DNA from: Patescibacteria group bacterium
GTDB lineage: Bacteria > Patescibacteriota > Kazan-3B-28 > UBA10110
NCBI GenBank assembly: GCA_016936175.1
Contig: JAFGPN010000018.1
Coordinates: 1-56,839, forward strand
Length of the DNA: 56,839 nucleotides
Direction: 5' to 3'
In this document: piece after piece, positions 20,597 to 30,599 of the stretch
How positions within the stretch are numbered: position 1 is the first letter of the stretch
Layout: each line of letters opens with the position of its first letter
The notes under the pieces: model-generated
Database searches by the model: none
Seen by the model: only the letters and a program-made list of their open reading frames with translations
Told to the model about the DNA's origin: nothing
Program-made: the position numbers and the translations under genes

Positions 20597-21322
20597 TTAC
20601 TCCAGGAAGCCGGAGGTTACCTCGGCCAAAAATTCTTTGGATTTTAGGTTGCGATCAATGATCTGCTCCATAAATCCCGCACTAATCTGGGCTACTTTAG
20701 GCAACACCTGTTTCGGGATATCCCCGCTCATTGCGCGTAATGCCAATAACTCCTCCCCGCCAATGGGTATAGAAGCCGGATCACTGCTACGATGCTGGGC
20801 GTCTAACATGCCACCCAGATCAAAACTAAACCACCCCTCGTCTACCGGTGTGCGACATTCTACACAGTGATTTAATTCTGGCCGAAAGCCCAAACTGGTT
20901 AATAAATTTATCTCAAACCAACTTTTAACTGCGTCCAAATCCCAACCCACGCTAATCGATTCTAACGATTGATAAACTATCTCAAATACTCGGTTAATCT
21001 CTTGAGTCTCCTCAATCAGCTTATCTACTGTCTCAGCAATGTAATAAGCGGTGGCTACACTTCTTAGGCTCTGGCCAATACCAACTAGGTTATTAATAGT
21101 GTAGGCTCCCGCTACTAAATCTAAGTTTCTCCCCTCGGCTAACAGATATTCGTTATAACGGAACAGCTCCAAAAACCCACCCAGCTTAGCCTTGGGCTTG
21201 CGCACCCCTTTGGCCACTACCCGGATTTTTCCCCTATCTTCTGTCAGGATTGTTAGAATCCGATCAGCTTCTCCCAAGTTAATCCGCTTGATAATAATCC
21301 CCTTGGTTTTGATAGTCGCCAT
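20597..21322 (-). CDS. recO: DNA repair protein RecO
   Basis: GEADRILTILT..GKI..VAKGVRK; CxxC. Confidence 0.95.
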   Translation of the reverse strand: MATIKTKGIIIKRINLGEADRILTILTEDRGKIRVVAKGVRKPKAKLGGFLELFRYNEYLLAEGRNLDLVAGAYTINNLVGIGQSLRSVATAYYIAETVDKLIEETQEINRVFEIVYQSLESISVGWDLDAVKSWFEINLLTSLGFRPELNHCVECRTPVDEGWFSFDLGGMLDAQHRSSDPASIPIGGEELLALRAMSGDIPKQVLPKVAQISAGFMEQIIDRNLKSKEFLAEVTSGFLE

Positions 21323-21419
21323 ACCGTTATCTTACCAAAAAGAGGCTCTTGAATTGCCAAAACCCCTGATAATTGGTATTTTACGAGGTGTATCCTTCGC
21401 AGAGGTACACCGCTAACCT

Positions 21420-21474
21420 GGGTGCGTAGTTCCCTGGCCGCGCCCGAGGCGCAGACGCGGGCAGGCAGTGGTAG
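21420..21474 (+). pseudogene. 5' fragment of tRNA-Ile interrupted by a 34-bp element
   Basis: gggtgcgtagtt[21432-21465]cagtggtag matches the start of the tRNA at 21545, including upstream taacct. Confidence 0.8.
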
Positions 21475-21544
21475 TTCTACCACTTCAAGCCAAAAATGTT
21501 CGTCATGATATGAAGTTAATGGTAATAGAATCGGATTATAACCT

Positions 21545-21619
21545 GGGTGCGTAGTTCAGTGGTAGAACGCTGTCCTGATAAGACAGAAGTCGGAGGTTCG
21601 ACTCCTCCCGCACCCACCA
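21545..21619 (+). tRNA. tRNA-Ile(GAT)
   Basis: Cloverleaf, ctgtc-ctGATaa-gacag, CCA. Confidence 0.96.
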
Positions 21620-21718
21620 GTCTCCGCTACCTAAAGGTAGCTACGCCTGGCTCCGCCAGAGAATTTTTATAACTAGCGGAGACTGCCCTGCGTAGCTCAA
21701 GGAGCGAAGCATGGGCCA
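21620..21718 (+). repeat. tRNA-3'-associated structured repeat, copy 1 (others 22036-22125, 50364-50458)
   Basis: gtctYcgct...agcgRagactgccctgcgtagctc..gagYgaagcaYggg directly after CCA. Confidence 0.85.
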
Positions 21719-21742
21719 CCAAATAATCGGTATAATAGCTAT

Positions 21743-21955
21743 ATGAGGTTCTTTTTCTTTATTTTAGGAGCGTTCGGTGGAACGCTATACGTTATCTATC
21801 ATCGCAAGATCACCGAAGTGATAAATCTTAAGATTGGCTGGGCCGAGAAGTATTTGGGCTCCGGTGGAACTTATACGGCCCACTTGCTTTTCGGCTTAGC
21901 TGCCATTATCTTAGGTTTTCTGATCGGCTTCGGTTGGATTCCCATGCCTTTCTAA
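21743..21955 (+). CDS. Small membrane protein
   Basis: Two TM segments, GWAEKYLGSGGTY; TATAAT immediately upstream. Confidence 0.75.
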   Translation: MRFFFFILGAFGGTLYVIYHRKITEVINLKIGWAEKYLGSGGTYTAHLLFGLAAIILGFLIGFGWIPMPF

Positions 21956-21959
21956 CTTT

Positions 21960-22035
21960 GGGCCCGTAGTTCATCTGGTAGAACATCGCATTTGCAATGC
22001 GGAGGTAGGCGGTTCGAGCCCGCCCGGGTCCACCA
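21960..22035 (+). tRNA. tRNA-Ala(TGC)
   Basis: Cloverleaf, tcgca-ttTGCaa-tgcgg, G3:U70, CCA. Confidence 0.95.
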
Positions 22036-22135
22036 GTCTTCGCTTCCTAACGGAAGCTACGCCTGGCTTCGCCACTATACAAAAGCGAAGACTGCCCTGC
22101 GTAGCTCAGAGAGCGAAGCACGGGCTGACCTAAAT

Positions 22136-24046
22136 TTAATCCCTCAAGGTCGACACAAACCGCTTCAAACGAGGGTCTTGTTTTAAGCTACGTAAGCCCT
22201 CAAAGTATTCCGCCACTGCCTCTGGGGTTGAAGTTTTATCAACGTAAAATCGCGACAATATTTCGCTCCCTAAATTAGCCAACACCTCAATCCCCGCCTT
22301 AGCATCGGTGATAACGTACCTACCATCTATTTCTTGCAACGCCCCCCTATCCAATAGAACAATTAATTGAGCCGCCCCGGCCAGATAATACGGCTCACCA
22401 TCACTATTTGCCTTGCTCGACTTACTAGTTAGATAAGTAGCGATCGTGCCAAGCTTGGCGATCAATTGACGTTCGGCTATCTTTTTTAAGGTTGAATACT
22501 GCTCCATCCCCTGAGCAAATAGCAATATTCCGACCGTATCGGCCTTCAGTTCATCAATTGCATCGTAACTGCCGATCCGCTTTTCGATCTGTTCATCCTC
22601 GGTCGGCATAACCGTATGGCCAAATTCGTGCAACACTGTTTCGGTTAAAGCGGCCATTTTATAACTCTCGGCATCCGCGGAACTGACAAGCTTCAACTTT
22701 TCCAGCAACGGCAATTCTTTCATTGCCGCCACTTTAACTACGGGGTCAGCATGAATCACCACCTTTGTCTCACTCGTCTCTCCACGAGTCATCCAGTAAA
22801 GATTAGGACCAAAAGCCAGCGGCTGAGTATTTAATACAATCTTTTGAGCAGGCGGTAATTCGTCTAAGCTATCGGCGTACTGTTTATTTAGTTGGCGGGC
22901 GATCTGACCAAACTTTCTGAAAACACCTTGGGTCGCCCGGGTTTCTGACGTCTGCAAACCAAACCTCAACTCTACATCCACCTTGTCTGCCTCGCCGGAA
23001 CCAGTGTTGCCCTGAGCAATCAGCATCAGCGGACAGCCCTGTTCCGCTAGTTTAGCTCCTTCGTCGTACAGTTTTTCCCAGAGATCATCCAGGCCTTGGG
23101 CAGTGTGCATATCCGAGCCATAGAGTTCTGCTACATGCTGAAGATATTCGGATAGTCCCTGATATTTTTCCGGCAACCGGCCTTGTTCTAATAGGCTACC
23201 GGTTCGCCTAGCTAATGCTTCGATTCGTGAGACTATCTTGGGCCACTCGAACGGGAATACTTCGCTGTAGGTCTTAACCCTGATCACAGAGTTCTTCTGA
23301 CCTTCCGGTACTATCCTGTAGTCGTACAAATATTCGGCTCCACCTAATTCATCCTCACCCGTTTTACGCCGGTGCTGTTTGTCTAACGGTGTAGCATCCT
23401 GACCCCCGGGGATATCAGCAATCTCGATCTGTTTAACGTAAGCATGATCGATATATTTCCCTAGGACGGCTGAGAAGTCCAAGAAAAGTTCTACTTCATC
23501 ACGATTAAAGCCAGTTTTTTCTAACTGCTCGTCTGATAACTGCTCTTTTACCCAGTGTCTGACCAAAGCTAACACCGCTAGCTGACGTTCCGATGAAACC
23601 ATCACCAGTGTCCGCCAAGCCTCCGGCTGCTCCTCGCGGATAGTTTCTAACGCCCCCAATTGCTGGATACGAAGCGCCTCTTCTAATTTGGCCGGCTGTT
23701 GCAGTAACTGCTTGGCAGCTCGCCCCTCTTCGTCTTTGTCATCAATCTGCTTGGCCCAGCTCCGGCATTTTTTTGCCAACCTTTTGCCAGCTGACTGCTT
23801 CCAACATTCAGTTACTACCGCCCGGCCAACGGCAAACAGATCCTCAACGCTCGCAATATTCTCGGGGCACTCGGGCCAACCCTCGGCTTCGACAAAACTC
23901 TTGAGGTCTTCGCGCAGTTCGCGGGCAAATTTAACCGATTCGGGCAAGTGTTCTATCGGATGCAAAACATCCATCCGATTCACTTCTCTATCCGGCTGGG
24001 TTTGTTCAAACTCCTGCCCAAAATTTAGATCTCTGCGCTCACTCAT
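22136..24046 (-). CDS. Putative zinc metallopeptidase (HExxH...E; M49/CiaB-like layout)
   Basis: TVLHEFGH followed by DELKAD. Confidence 0.6.
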   Translation of the reverse strand: MSERRDLNFGQEFEQTQPDREVNRMDVLHPIEHLPESVKFARELREDLKSFVEAEGWPECPENIASVEDLFAVGRAVVTECWKQSAGKRLAKKCRSWAKQIDDKDEEGRAAKQLLQQPAKLEEALRIQQLGALETIREEQPEAWRTLVMVSSERQLAVLALVRHWVKEQLSDEQLEKTGFNRDEVELFLDFSAVLGKYIDHAYVKQIEIADIPGGQDATPLDKQHRRKTGEDELGGAEYLYDYRIVPEGQKNSVIRVKTYSEVFPFEWPKIVSRIEALARRTGSLLEQGRLPEKYQGLSEYLQHVAELYGSDMHTAQGLDDLWEKLYDEGAKLAEQGCPLMLIAQGNTGSGEADKVDVELRFGLQTSETRATQGVFRKFGQIARQLNKQYADSLDELPPAQKIVLNTQPLAFGPNLYWMTRGETSETKVVIHADPVVKVAAMKELPLLEKLKLVSSADAESYKMAALTETVLHEFGHTVMPTEDEQIEKRIGSYDAIDELKADTVGILLFAQGMEQYSTLKKIAERQLIAKLGTIATYLTSKSSKANSDGEPYYLAGAAQLIVLLDRGALQEIDGRYVITDAKAGIEVLANLGSEILSRFYVDKTSTPEAVAEYFEGLRSLKQDPRLKRFVSTLRD

Positions 24047-26496
24047 TACAGATCTCCTTCGTTGATGGTGATCTGTTTTACATCAGAAGAGTTAAGTACG
24101 GCGTTGGCGATATTAGTTTCTACTTTATCCCTAATTGTTCGCTCTAAGGGCCGCGCGCCAAAAGCCGGGTCATAACCTAATTTGGCCAGCTTCTTAATTG
24201 CCGCATCAGTAACGGTTAATTCAATACCCTTATCGGCCTTTAATCGCTCTATTAATTTGGCCAGCTTAAGTTTAGCGATCTGCTCGATCTCGGATTCTGC
24301 CAGCGGCTTAAACACGATTACGCCATCAAATCGATTAACAAATTCTGGCTTAAATGTCTCCTGAACTAACAATTTGGATAGCTGAGCTTGCATCTCAATA
24401 TATGGCATGCCGTGCTGAACTGCATCAGTAATCATTCGAGCTTGCGCATTACTGGTGGCAATAATAATAGTGTTAGTAAAATCGACGGTATTGCCCAGGT
24501 TATCAGTTAGTTTGCCTTCGTCTAACATCCGCAAGAATACATCCAATATCTCCGGATGGGCCTTTTCAATTTCATCTAACAACACCACCGCAAACGGAGA
24601 CTTTTTAACCGCCTCGGTAAAGCTACCACCAGACAAAGACACATCACCACTAACTGCCGGCGCGCCCAAGATACGGTAAATCGAATCACGTGTCTGATAC
24701 TCGTTCATATCCAACCGGATAATCCTTGTATCATCGCCAAAATAGGCCCAGGCCAAGCTTTTGGCTAACTCAGTTTTACCTACACCGGTCGGACCCAAAA
24801 ACAAAAAGTTACCAATCGGCCGTTTACCGGCTATAGATACCCCTAACCGAGCCCGCTTTAGTGCTTCGACCACGGCTTTAACCGCCTCGCTCTGTCCGAT
24901 CAATCGACCATGAATCTTCTCTTCTAAACCAATCAATTTATCTTTTTCGGATGCGGTAATCTCCCCCATCGGCACATTGGTTCTCGAACTCATCACCTGC
25001 TCAATGGCGCTTCGCTCCACTAATGTTTGGCGCTTACGAGAGGTATAAACCGCCGCTTCATCTAACAGATCTAAAGCTTTGTCGGGTAGCTTCCGCTCGT
25101 GCAGATACTGGCTGGATAGTTCAACCGCCGCCTTTACCGCTGCCAAAGTAATTAACACACCCTGACGCGCCTCAATCTTGTGGCTTAAATCTTCTAACAC
25201 TAAAATGGCCGAATCTTTGGGTAACTCCTCAATGCTAATACGACTAAATAATCTAACTAAATTAGAATTATTTTCGATGTATTTTTTGTAGTTGATAGGA
25301 TCCGAAGTTCCAACTAACTGCATCTTCTTCTCTAACGCGCCCAATAAAATAGCCGAGACGTCAAACCCAGCTCCCGACTTAGCTTTGCCTAATTGGTCTA
25401 AATTGCCCAGGAACAAAATGGTGTTGCCCGAAGCCGCCGCTTCGTTAACCGCCATCGCAAACAACTGCTGAAAGCCAGCACCGGAACCAATCATCGCCCC
25501 AATATCCAAAGCCACCAACTTGTGATCAGATAGCGCGGGGATATCGCCGCGAATCATTCTTAGAGCGATGTCCCCCACGATTGAGGTTTTACCCACGCCT
25601 GGTTCACCCACTAAAATAACGCTGTTCTGTTCACTGCGAGACAGCGCTCTTACCGCTTCTTCCACCTCACGTTCGCGTACCCGAGCCGAGGTTAACAACC
25701 CCACTCTGGCTACATCGGTCAGATTTTGGCTGAACCTATCCAACACCGGGGTTGGTCTAGCGGTCCAAGTTTTATTTAAATTACGCCGAGGAGTAAGTAA
25801 ATCGTAAAGTAATCCGTGACGAATCTGTGGGGAGCGATAACCTACTGTTTTTTTGCTCCATTCCACCACCGCTAACGCCTCCGACAGAGTGACCTTAGCT
25901 CCATCTAATACTGAGCTGACCACTGTCGACCTCTCGATTACGGCCTTAAGCAGATGACTCCAATCTATCTGAGCCCCATCCTTAACCGCCAGCTCAAACG
26001 CCCGAGCCAGCACCTCGCCGGCGTCTTCGGTCGAGGACTTGATTAGCTCCACCGATCCCGTGCTGTGCCAACCCAATCGCAACGCAGTAACCCGCACACC
26101 CCGAGCATGTTCCAACGCATTAAACAACATTCCGATCGAAAGAGCAGTTTGCCCCCGACGACGCATTAAACGCAGGGCTCGCCAAATAATTCGCATGGTA
26201 GCGACATCCATATATGACATAAATGGTTGGTTGGTAGTTTTACCCGGGATTGAACCCTTCCAACGATAGGCCCAATACAGCCAAACCAATAAGGTGGGTA
26301 AGGTCCAACCCAGTAGCGGCGAGTGTAGCCAGTCTATCCCCGTGCCTAACGTTAGGGGCAAACCAATTTTAAAAATAACCAGCCCGATTAATGCCAAAGT
26401 TAGCAAACTCCACACAGCAAAAGTAGACTGTACAAAAACTATCCAGCTGTTACTGGGCCAGTGAGGCTGTTTAATTTGATTTTCGATTTTCTCCAT
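24046..26496 (-). CDS. ClpA/B-like double AAA+ ATPase with N-terminal membrane segments
   Basis: GEPGVGKT, LPDKALDLLDEA, GPTGVGKTE, LLDEIEKAH, PEFVNRFD. Confidence 0.92.
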   Translation of the reverse strand: MEKIENQIKQPHWPSNSWIVFVQSTFAVWSLLTLALIGLVIFKIGLPLTLGTGIDWLHSPLLGWTLPTLLVWLYWAYRWKGSIPGKTTNQPFMSYMDVATMRIIWRALRLMRRRGQTALSIGMLFNALEHARGVRVTALRLGWHSTGSVELIKSSTEDAGEVLARAFELAVKDGAQIDWSHLLKAVIERSTVVSSVLDGAKVTLSEALAVVEWSKKTVGYRSPQIRHGLLYDLLTPRRNLNKTWTARPTPVLDRFSQNLTDVARVGLLTSARVREREVEEAVRALSRSEQNSVILVGEPGVGKTSIVGDIALRMIRGDIPALSDHKLVALDIGAMIGSGAGFQQLFAMAVNEAAASGNTILFLGNLDQLGKAKSGAGFDVSAILLGALEKKMQLVGTSDPINYKKYIENNSNLVRLFSRISIEELPKDSAILVLEDLSHKIEARQGVLITLAAVKAAVELSSQYLHERKLPDKALDLLDEAAVYTSRKRQTLVERSAIEQVMSSRTNVPMGEITASEKDKLIGLEEKIHGRLIGQSEAVKAVVEALKRARLGVSIAGKRPIGNFLFLGPTGVGKTELAKSLAWAYFGDDTRIIRLDMNEYQTRDSIYRILGAPAVSGDVSLSGGSFTEAVKKSPFAVVLLDEIEKAHPEILDVFLRMLDEGKLTDNLGNTVDFTNTIIIATSNAQARMITDAVQHGMPYIEMQAQLSKLLVQETFKPEFVNRFDGVIVFKPLAESEIEQIAKLKLAKLIERLKADKGIELTVTDAAIKKLAKLGYDPAFGARPLERTIRDKVETNIANAVLNSSDVKQITINEGDL

Positions 26497-26497
26497 T

Positions 26498-26821
26498 TTA
26501 TTTGAGCATAGTAAATATCAGCCACGGTAATACCCACCAAACCAAGATGGCGATTAATCCGATTACTGAAATTATTAGATAAACCAACAAGGTGGCCATT
26601 ACTCGAAATCCCCTAAACAGAAACCCAATCAGCCGACCTCGCCAATTGTAATCACCAAACAACGGCTCGAGCGCCAACCACAATCTTAAGTTAGCGCCAA
26701 ACTGCAAGATATCTTCGGCGGTTAGTAAAAATGATTTGGTGCTCGCTAAAATCTTCGCCGGCACAATGGCAAAGAACCAGACTAAAAATCTTCCCAGCTC
26801 GTTAATTGGCGTTAGCCACAT
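26498..26821 (-). CDS. Small membrane protein preceding the Clp ATPase
   Basis: PLFGDY..GRLIGF..R motif, hydrophobic C-terminus, 1-nt spacing to ATPase. Confidence 0.75.
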   Translation of the reverse strand: MWLTPINELGRFLVWFFAIVPAKILASTKSFLLTAEDILQFGANLRLWLALEPLFGDYNWRGRLIGFLFRGFRVMATLLVYLIISVIGLIAILVWWVLPWLIFTMLK

Positions 26822-27180
26822 TTGTTTTGGTTTTTATAAGATTAAGTCCCCAATTACAGTTGTTTTATCATTATATCACAAATTTTAGTAAAGGTCAAGG
26901 GCTACTCGAGTCCTTTGCCCTACTAAAACCACCCCTGATGAAAGGGGCAGTTTTTGCCTTGCTTCAGTCAAAGAGTAACTAAAAAGTGATATCACGTTCT
27001 GTGTCCCGGTAAACCGGGATCGGTCGATCTTTACTTCGTAGTAAAGCTGTAGAAGGTCAGTGATTAGGTGCCAGATACAAGGGTCGGCCTTGTGTCCAGC
27101 ATCTAACCACTGACATTCGAATTAGCTCCCTAGAAAGGAGGTGTTCCATCCGCACGTTCCCGTACGGATACCTTGTTACG

Positions 27181-27457
27181 CATCTGTTATTCTCTTGTTA
27201 CCAAGAGTGTCGGACTATGTCTTCACCCTGATTTCTCAGGGGCCAACGTATAGTCTCTACGGGGTTAAGGAAGTTTGCTTGTCCGTCCGTAGTCCGTCAG
27301 CCGACGGACGAAGGAGGATATGCCTCCTTGCGGATTTAGTAAACTTTCGCCATCAATGATGACTATCCCAACTTCCCTCGGCGTTGTCCTGAATAATCAG
27401 GAGTTCACCGATATAGTTAGATTTTACCATGCGATTACTCGCATGGGAAGCCGCTAA
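27181..27457 (-). ncRNA. Group I intron in 16S rRNA after U1495 (E. coli numbering), no ORF
   Basis: GAAGU^...G^CGUAAC junctions; IGS GGCUUC; R (AGAGACUAUAC) and S (AAGACAUAGUCC) elements. Confidence 0.9.
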
Positions 27458-27977
27458 ACTTCACCCCAATCATGAGTTTCACCTTCGGCCCTCTTACGAG
27501 AGACTTCGGGCGCCCCTCACTTTCGTGGTGTGACGGGCGGTGTGTACAAGACCCGAGAACGTATTCACCGTAGCATGGCTGATCTACGGTTACTAGCGAT
27601 TCCGGCTTCATGCAGGCGAGTTGCAGCCTGCAATCCGAACTGAGACCGGTTTTCAGGGATTAGCTCCACCTCGCGGTTTGGCTACCCTCTGTGCCCGGCC
27701 ATTGTAGCATGTGTGTCGCCCAGGCCATAAAGGCCACGCTGATTTGACGTCATCCCCGCCTTCCTCCTTGTTAACCAAGGCAGTCTCGTGTGAAAAATAT
27801 AACACACAATGGGGGTTGCGCTCGTTGCCCGACTTAACGGTACACCTCACGGCACGAGCTGACGACAACCGTGCAGCACCTGTCTATGCTGTCCATAGGA
27901 GGGCCCTAGTTTCCTAGGGCTTGCAGCAAGATGCAAGACCTGGTGAGGTTCCTCGCTTATTATCGAATTAAACCACG

Positions 27978-28020
<43 letters not shown>

Positions 28021-28106
28021 TAACCTTGCGGCCGTACTCCCCAGGCGGGATACTTAACGCGTTAGCTACGGCACTGAGGGGACCGATGCCACCAATGCCT
28101 AGTATC

Positions 28107-28155
<49 letters not shown>

Positions 28156-28525
28156 ACGCTTTCGCTCCTTAGCGTCAGAAATGGCCCAGCAGACTGCCTT
28201 CGCCTTTGGTGTTCTTCTCGATATCTACGGATATTACCCCTACACCGAGAATTCCATCTGCCTCTACCATTCTCTAGATCAGCGGTTTCGAACACTCTCC
28301 TCCGGTTGAGCCGGAGTCTTTAACGTTCGACCTACTGGTCCGCCTACGAGCGCTCTACGCCCAATAAATCCGGATAACGCTCGGGCCCTACGTATTACCG
28401 CTGCTGCTGGCACGTAGTTAGCAGGCCCTTATTCTTACGGTACCGTCATAATCTTCCCATAAAAAAGAGGTTTACAACCCGAAGGCCGTCATCCCTCACG
28501 CGGCATTGCTGCGTCAGACTTTCGT

Positions 28526-28588
<63 letters not shown>

Positions 28589-28818
28589 CTGGCTGGTCAT
28601 CCTCTCAGACCAACTATCGATCACAGCCTTGGTAGGCCATTACCCTACCAACTAGCTAATCGAACGCAGGCCGCTCCTTGGGCGATAAATCTTTACTCCG
28701 AAGAGACTATCGAGAATTATCCTGCCTTTCGGCAGGTTATGCTCGACCCAAGGATACGTTCCCACGCGTTACTCAGCCGTCTGCCATGATCCAGAGATCA
28801 GATACCAGAAATCAGATA

Positions 28819-29175
28819 TCAGAGTTGGATAGCCTGAGTAAAGCTATTCAACTGTTTCGAGATAGCTTTATATCGATCTGCGCATATTTGCAAATCCGAT
28901 ATAGCAATGCTGTTGTAACGCGACAGAGCGATCATTCGCAGATGAGTGACTGTCTCATCCGATGAGCCCATCGCTTCCGTGACAAATCTTCTTAGTTCCT
29001 TTTGAGACCTTTTACGAGCAAAACCTTCCGCCAATAGCGCGCAGATTGATTTTGAAGATCGCAGAATTTGTTTGCGAACATCAGCTAATTCAGGTGGCAG
29101 TTTACTCGCAACGTCCTCTACTACAACAAAGGCTGATAGGGCGTCTTGATACACTCTTAATTCGATCACATCCAC
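28819..29175 (-). CDS. Four-helix-bundle (rRNA intervening sequence, 23S_rRNA_IVP-like) protein inside 16S helix 6
   Basis: ELRVYQ..QILRSSKSI..LLAEG...AMGS.DET; flanked by complementary 7-mer repeats. Confidence 0.88.
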   Translation of the reverse strand: MDVIELRVYQDALSAFVVVEDVASKLPPELADVRKQILRSSKSICALLAEGFARKRSQKELRRFVTEAMGSSDETVTHLRMIALSRYNSIAISDLQICADRYKAISKQLNSFTQAIQL

Positions 29176-29541
29176 AATTGCATTGTACTATCCGACTTCT
29201 GACTTCCGAAATCTGATCTCCGGACCATTCGACTTGCATGTGTTAGGCATGCCGCCGGCGTTAATCCTGAGCCAGGATCAAACTCTCAAAAAAGTGAGGT
29301 CAAACCACTAAGTGGCAGACATCACTAAGAGTTAATCCATCCGCTACTCTAAAAGTAGCGGAGAAATTGAAATTGAATTGATTGTGAGCACTTTTTAGTT
29401 ACTCTCTGACTGTCAAGGTAGGCAGAAGCGTTAAAAAGAAAAACCCGGCCCCAATGGGCGCGGATCTCCGGGGAAAAACGACCGGGAAATCCAACTTGTC
29501 GAGTTCCTCCTTTTTAACTTAAGAATAAACTAACTGGAGGT

Positions 29542-29569
29542 ATTATACCGGGTTTGCGGGGCAAGTCAA
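29542..29569 (-). promoter_or_regulatory. 16S rRNA promoter
   Basis: TTGACT-16-TATAAT on the minus strand. Confidence 0.75.
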
Positions 29570-29624
29570 CACCCCCTTACCCCCTGTTGACAAAAAATAG
29601 CTCTGGGAGCGATAATGCTGGGTT

Positions 29625-30599
29625 ATGAAGCCATTACCAGAAAATATTCGCGATATGAACGCCGGGGATTACCTGTCCACGGTAGAGTCCACTCCAGAAC
29701 ATATTGAACAACGAGAGTTTACTGTTTCTCCCGAATTATGTGGTGGTCATTTTGAGAAAGGCCCTAAAATAGTCCCCGCTTTTCGTATATTAGAAGGCTT
29801 GTTTAAAAAGGGACCACGCTCTCTGCCATCCACAGTGGAGATGAAAATCAGCGACACCCTACCACTCGGAACCAAGGGAACCATTACCAAATACGCGCCC
29901 GATCATCTTACACACACTTCACGATCGGTAGTCGTTCGCCAAAATGGCAACAAGGATGGCATAGATATTACCGCCGAATGGACCAATCTTAATGATCAGC
30001 GTTGGTTTAGTGAACCTTCGGTGTGGAAACCTACCATTATCTGCCAGGATGCTGAGCTCGTGGTCGCTGATAGTTCTGATATTGAACGGATTCGGCCACA
30101 AGGACCAGAAATTATTATGATCGATCGGGTAATCAATCCGACTGGGCATACTCACATCAGCGAAGCCGTCCATCGAGTAACGACGGCTGACTTTTTAAAA
30201 GGACGTGGCACTTGTGGCGACGACCTTAGCCCCCAAACCGGCGAATACCATATCTTTAACAACGCACGCACTTTAGAGGGCATCGGTCAGCTCGCCTACA
30301 TCTATTTTCAAAAACACTCTCCGACCGAACAACCACAAATCCCTTTCTTTACCAAAGTGGAGGCGGTTTATAATCATAACTATCGGCCGGCAATCAACGA
30401 ACCGATTCACTATCAGTTACTAGATTTTTCTCGCGAGCGCAATCGCGGCGCGATTACCGGTCGAGTCTTAGCTGGTGACCACCAAACTATCTTGGCACTC
30501 TATCGCGCCGAGGTTGGCATCATGGCAACCAGCATGATGGAGAGAGTCATCCAAAAAATCACCGCCCAATCGGACAAAACCGAGCCTAATCAAATTTAA
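29625..30599 (+). CDS. Tandem hotdog-fold protein, FabA/FabZ-like (divergent)
   Basis: GHFEKGPKIVP..ILE and PQGPEIIMIDRV...LEGIGQ resemble FabZ motifs; TTGACA-18-GATAAT upstream. Confidence 0.6.
   Translation: MKPLPENIRDMNAGDYLSTVESTPEHIEQREFTVSPELCGGHFEKGPKIVPAFRILEGLFKKGPRSLPSTVEMKISDTLPLGTKGTITKYAPDHLTHTSRSVVVRQNGNKDGIDITAEWTNLNDQRWFSEPSVWKPTIICQDAELVVADSSDIERIRPQGPEIIMIDRVINPTGHTHISEAVHRVTTADFLKGRGTCGDDLSPQTGEYHIFNNARTLEGIGQLAYIYFQKHSPTEQPQIPFFTKVEAVYNHNYRPAINEPIHYQLLDFSRERNRGAITGRVLAGDHQTILALYRAEVGIMATSMMERVIQKITAQSDKTEPNQI

Noticed and set aside
20324-20870. ORFs 20324-20596(-) and 20370-20870(+)
   Set aside because: They span a structured repeat copy and antisense recO; no recognisable motifs
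27141-27917. ORFs inside the 16S gene and intron (possible homing endonuclease)
   Set aside because: rRNA shadow frames; no LAGLIDADG/HNH/GIY motif
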